A DNA stretch of 40,785 bases, from the NCBI RefSeq assembly GCF_001194135.2, contig NC_068997.1:48630309-48671093 (forward strand), read 5' to 3'. Below the pieces are notes generated by a model. The model did no database searches. It was not told the origin of the DNA and saw only the letters and a list, made by a program, of their open reading frames with translations. This DNA is from Octopus bimaculoides (lineage: Eukaryota). The number at the start of each line of letters is the position of its first letter. The first letter of the stretch is position 1. Made by a program: the position numbers and the translations under genes. Below, piece after piece: positions 38,109 to 40,785 of the stretch.

Positions 38109-38265
38109 TGTTCAGGTCACTGCTTGGAATCGGACTCGGAATCTTGGGGTTAGTAGCCCGCGCTCTTAACACCTACGGCATATGCAACAAACAAGATGAG
38201 GTCAAATATCCGTAAATAATGTAAATAATGTACATAATTCCTCATCTCTTAAATATAGAACTGTA
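37905..38265. mobile_element. 361-bp Penelope pLTR-like insertion with inverted ends and 11-bp TSD
   Basis: TSD cggtactaaaa at 37894-37904 and 38266-38276. The ends acggatatttgtcctcatcttgtttgttg and caacaaacaagatgaggtcaaatatccgt are inverted copies. A hammerhead-like motif lies on the minus strand. Confidence 0.75.
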
Positions 38266-39044
38266 CGGTACTAAAACATTCTTCATGATAAAATTATTTT
38301 AGCATTTTCTACCTTGTCCTATTTTCCTTATCTATATATATATATATACATATATTCATATATACACATATAATTACACACACACACACACACACAAACA
38401 CACATGTATACACATACACACACACATATATATATTCATACGTGAAATGCGAAAGTATTTCTAATAATGTATAATGTATTCTTACGATGCTGCGAGGTCA
38501 CAAATTTGGGGAGAGAGAACAGTTGACTAAATTGATCCCAGTATATGACTGGTACCTTAATCTATCTACCGTGATATGATGAAAGAGTAGATTTTGTAAA
38601 AAGTAAATTATGTATATGAAAAAAATATGGTGGATTTAAAAATATATACACTAACATGTTTGTGAGATATAAAATGTCTTCTTGAAATTGTAACTTAGTA
38701 CTTTGGAAAGGAAATGCTAATAAAAATAATACATTAAACAATGCATCCTGGATAGGCTATGTGTAACTTGGACTACAATATCTTGATTAGATGGTCATAT
38801 ATTTCTAAATCTCGAGCTTACCGAGAAACAATATACGTACATATATACAGACATTATATATACATACATACGTACAAATATACATACGTATATGCATGTA
38901 TACATGCATACATGCAGAAATGCAAGCATATATAGACACTCCTCTACACATACTGTAGCCCACACACATAAATACAACGCTTATAATATTTATATAAATT
39001 ACAAAGTACATCTTGTAGAAAAATCGTGTTCCTAATTTCAAGTA

Positions 39045-39087
<43 letters not shown>

Positions 39088-39944
39088 NNNNNNNNNNNNN
39101 NNNNNNNNNNNNNNNNNNNNNNNNNNNNNNNNNNNNNNNNNNNNNNNNNNNNNNNNNNNNNNNNNNNNNNNNNNNNNNNNNNNNNNNNNNNNNNNNNNNN
39201 NNNNNNNNNNNNNNNNNNNNNNNNNNNNNNNNNNNNNNNNNNNNNNNNNNNNNNNNNNNNNNNNNNNNNNNNNNNNNNNNNNNNNNNNNNNNNNNNNNNN
39301 NNNNNNNNNNNNNNNNNNNNNNNNNNNNNNNNNNNNNNNNNNNNNNNNNNNNNNNNNNNNNNNNNNNNNNNNNNNNNNNNNNNNNNNNNNNNNNNNNNNN
39401 NNNNNNNNNNNNNNNNNNNNNNNNNNNNNNNNNNNNNNNNNNNNNNNNNNNNNNNNNNNNNNNNNNNNNNNNNNNNNNNNNNNNNNNNNNNNNNNNNNNN
39501 NNNNNNNNNNNNNNNNNNNNNNNNNNNNNNNNNNNNNNNNNNNNNNNNNNNNNNNNNNNNNNNNNNNNNNNNNNNNNNNNNNNNNNNNNNNNNNNNNNNN
39601 NNNNNNNNNNNNNNNNNNNNNNNNNNNNNNNNNNNNNNNNNNNNNNNNNNNNNNNNNNNNNNNNNNNNNNNNNNNNNNNNNNNNNNNNNNNNNNNNNNNN
39701 NNNNNNNNNNNNNNNNNNNNNNNNNNNNNNNNNNNNNNNNNNNNNNNNNNNNNNNNNNNNNNNNNNNNNNNNNNNNNNNNNNNNNNNNNNNNNNNNNNNN
39801 NNNNNNNNNNNNNNNNNNNNNNNNNNNNNNNNNNNNNNNNNNNNNNNNNNNNNNNNNNNNNNNNNNNNNNNNNNNNNNNNNNNNNNNNNNNNNNNNNNNN
39901 NNNNNNNNNNNNNNNNNATATATATATATATACAATATATCTCA

Positions 39945-40039
39945 AGCAGGGGGAGCGAACCCCAACTAATGTCCAGTTGCTAACATTCCCGCGAAACTGT
40001 TAGATGCTGGAGGTTAGTAGGAGTTCGCTCCCCCCTGCT
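39945..40039. ncRNA. Candidate long hairpin, pre-miRNA-like (unconfirmed)
   Basis: Stem of about 40 positions with symmetric mismatches and a 12-nt loop, paired by hand. No expression evidence. Confidence 0.3.
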
Positions 40040-40255
40040 AGCGATATAGTGTATATAAAGGATGCAGAGCGTTGCACCGATAACCAGCTGTCGGAGACTC
40101 TACCTGGGGTTAAACTAGCAGTAACATTTAACAATCACTTTGATGTGGCGACTCGCTTTACTGTTTAGTATACGTTACTATTCTATCTCTTGTTGAGATT
40201 TTATGACTACACCTATTTATATATGACTATATATCTATGTATATACACAGATATA

Positions 40256-40329
<74 letters not shown>

Positions 40330-40709
40330 ACAACAAAATATTACGCTGTAAAACAAACAGACGGATAATAAAATTGTAGCGTATTTAAATACAGTCAAAT
40401 TTGATAACAGTTGCTTGCAGGCTAAAATTTGGGAACATTTTCTGTCCCATCTTGCATACACAAAGAAGAGCAGGGCCTTCTTGATGATGGTTTCTTGATG
40501 TATGGGAATATCAAGCGGATTCCTTCATATAACAGCCTATTGTTATTAAAAAGCGTAGATATGCAGCACAATTTAGTGATAGGAATCCTCTTGGCACCCA
40601 CGGAAAAAAAAGGAATAAAATAAAATAAAATACAAAGAACAAGTGGAATGGTCACGCACGAAATATCTTGAATCAGAATACGTACAAATGTATACTTATT
40701 TATATATAA

Positions 40710-40770
<61 letters not shown>

Positions 40771-40785
40771 GTCTGTCCATTCCAC

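Larger units (their letters stand above)
36891..38328. mobile_element. Foldback element with long imperfect TIRs (about 270 bp) and TA flanks, carrying nested insertions
   Basis: Left arm 36891-37161 is the reverse complement of 37733-37904 joined to 38266-38328. TA occurs at 36889-36890 and 38329-38330. Confidence 0.75.

Noticed and set aside
40213-40655. ORFs on both strands near the window end
   Set aside because: No recognisable domain and no convincing splice-site pair.

Overview
AT-rich, microsatellite-dense animal genomic DNA with nine N-gaps. The repeat landscape suggests an octopod cephalopod; this is an inference, not shown. The only host gene I can support is the 3' part of a synaptotagmin-15-like gene on the + strand. 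It has four complete exons (26925-27018, 30724-30894, 33809-33991, 35064-35188) and a fifth that starts at 31269 and runs into an assembly gap. The C2A start, linker and transmembrane exons were not found. The rest is intronic or intergenic and holds decayed mobile elements: a near-full-length Tc1 (DD34E), three further Tc1/mariner fragments, a HERO-type RLE retrotransposon, Penelope RT and GIY-YIG relics, an R4/Dong-like tail, several tRNA-derived SINE families and MITE-like foldbacks. Unexplained structures worth following up: an exact 8 x 31-bp array with a near-invariant 10-mer and variable spacers (3841-4088); interleaved inverted repeats with pseudoknot topology and a hammerhead-like core (28737-28953); a pre-miRNA-like hairpin (39945-40039); and an inverted SINE pair bracketing two synaptotagmin exons. 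Nearly all ORFs in the supplied track are microsatellite or N-run artefacts.
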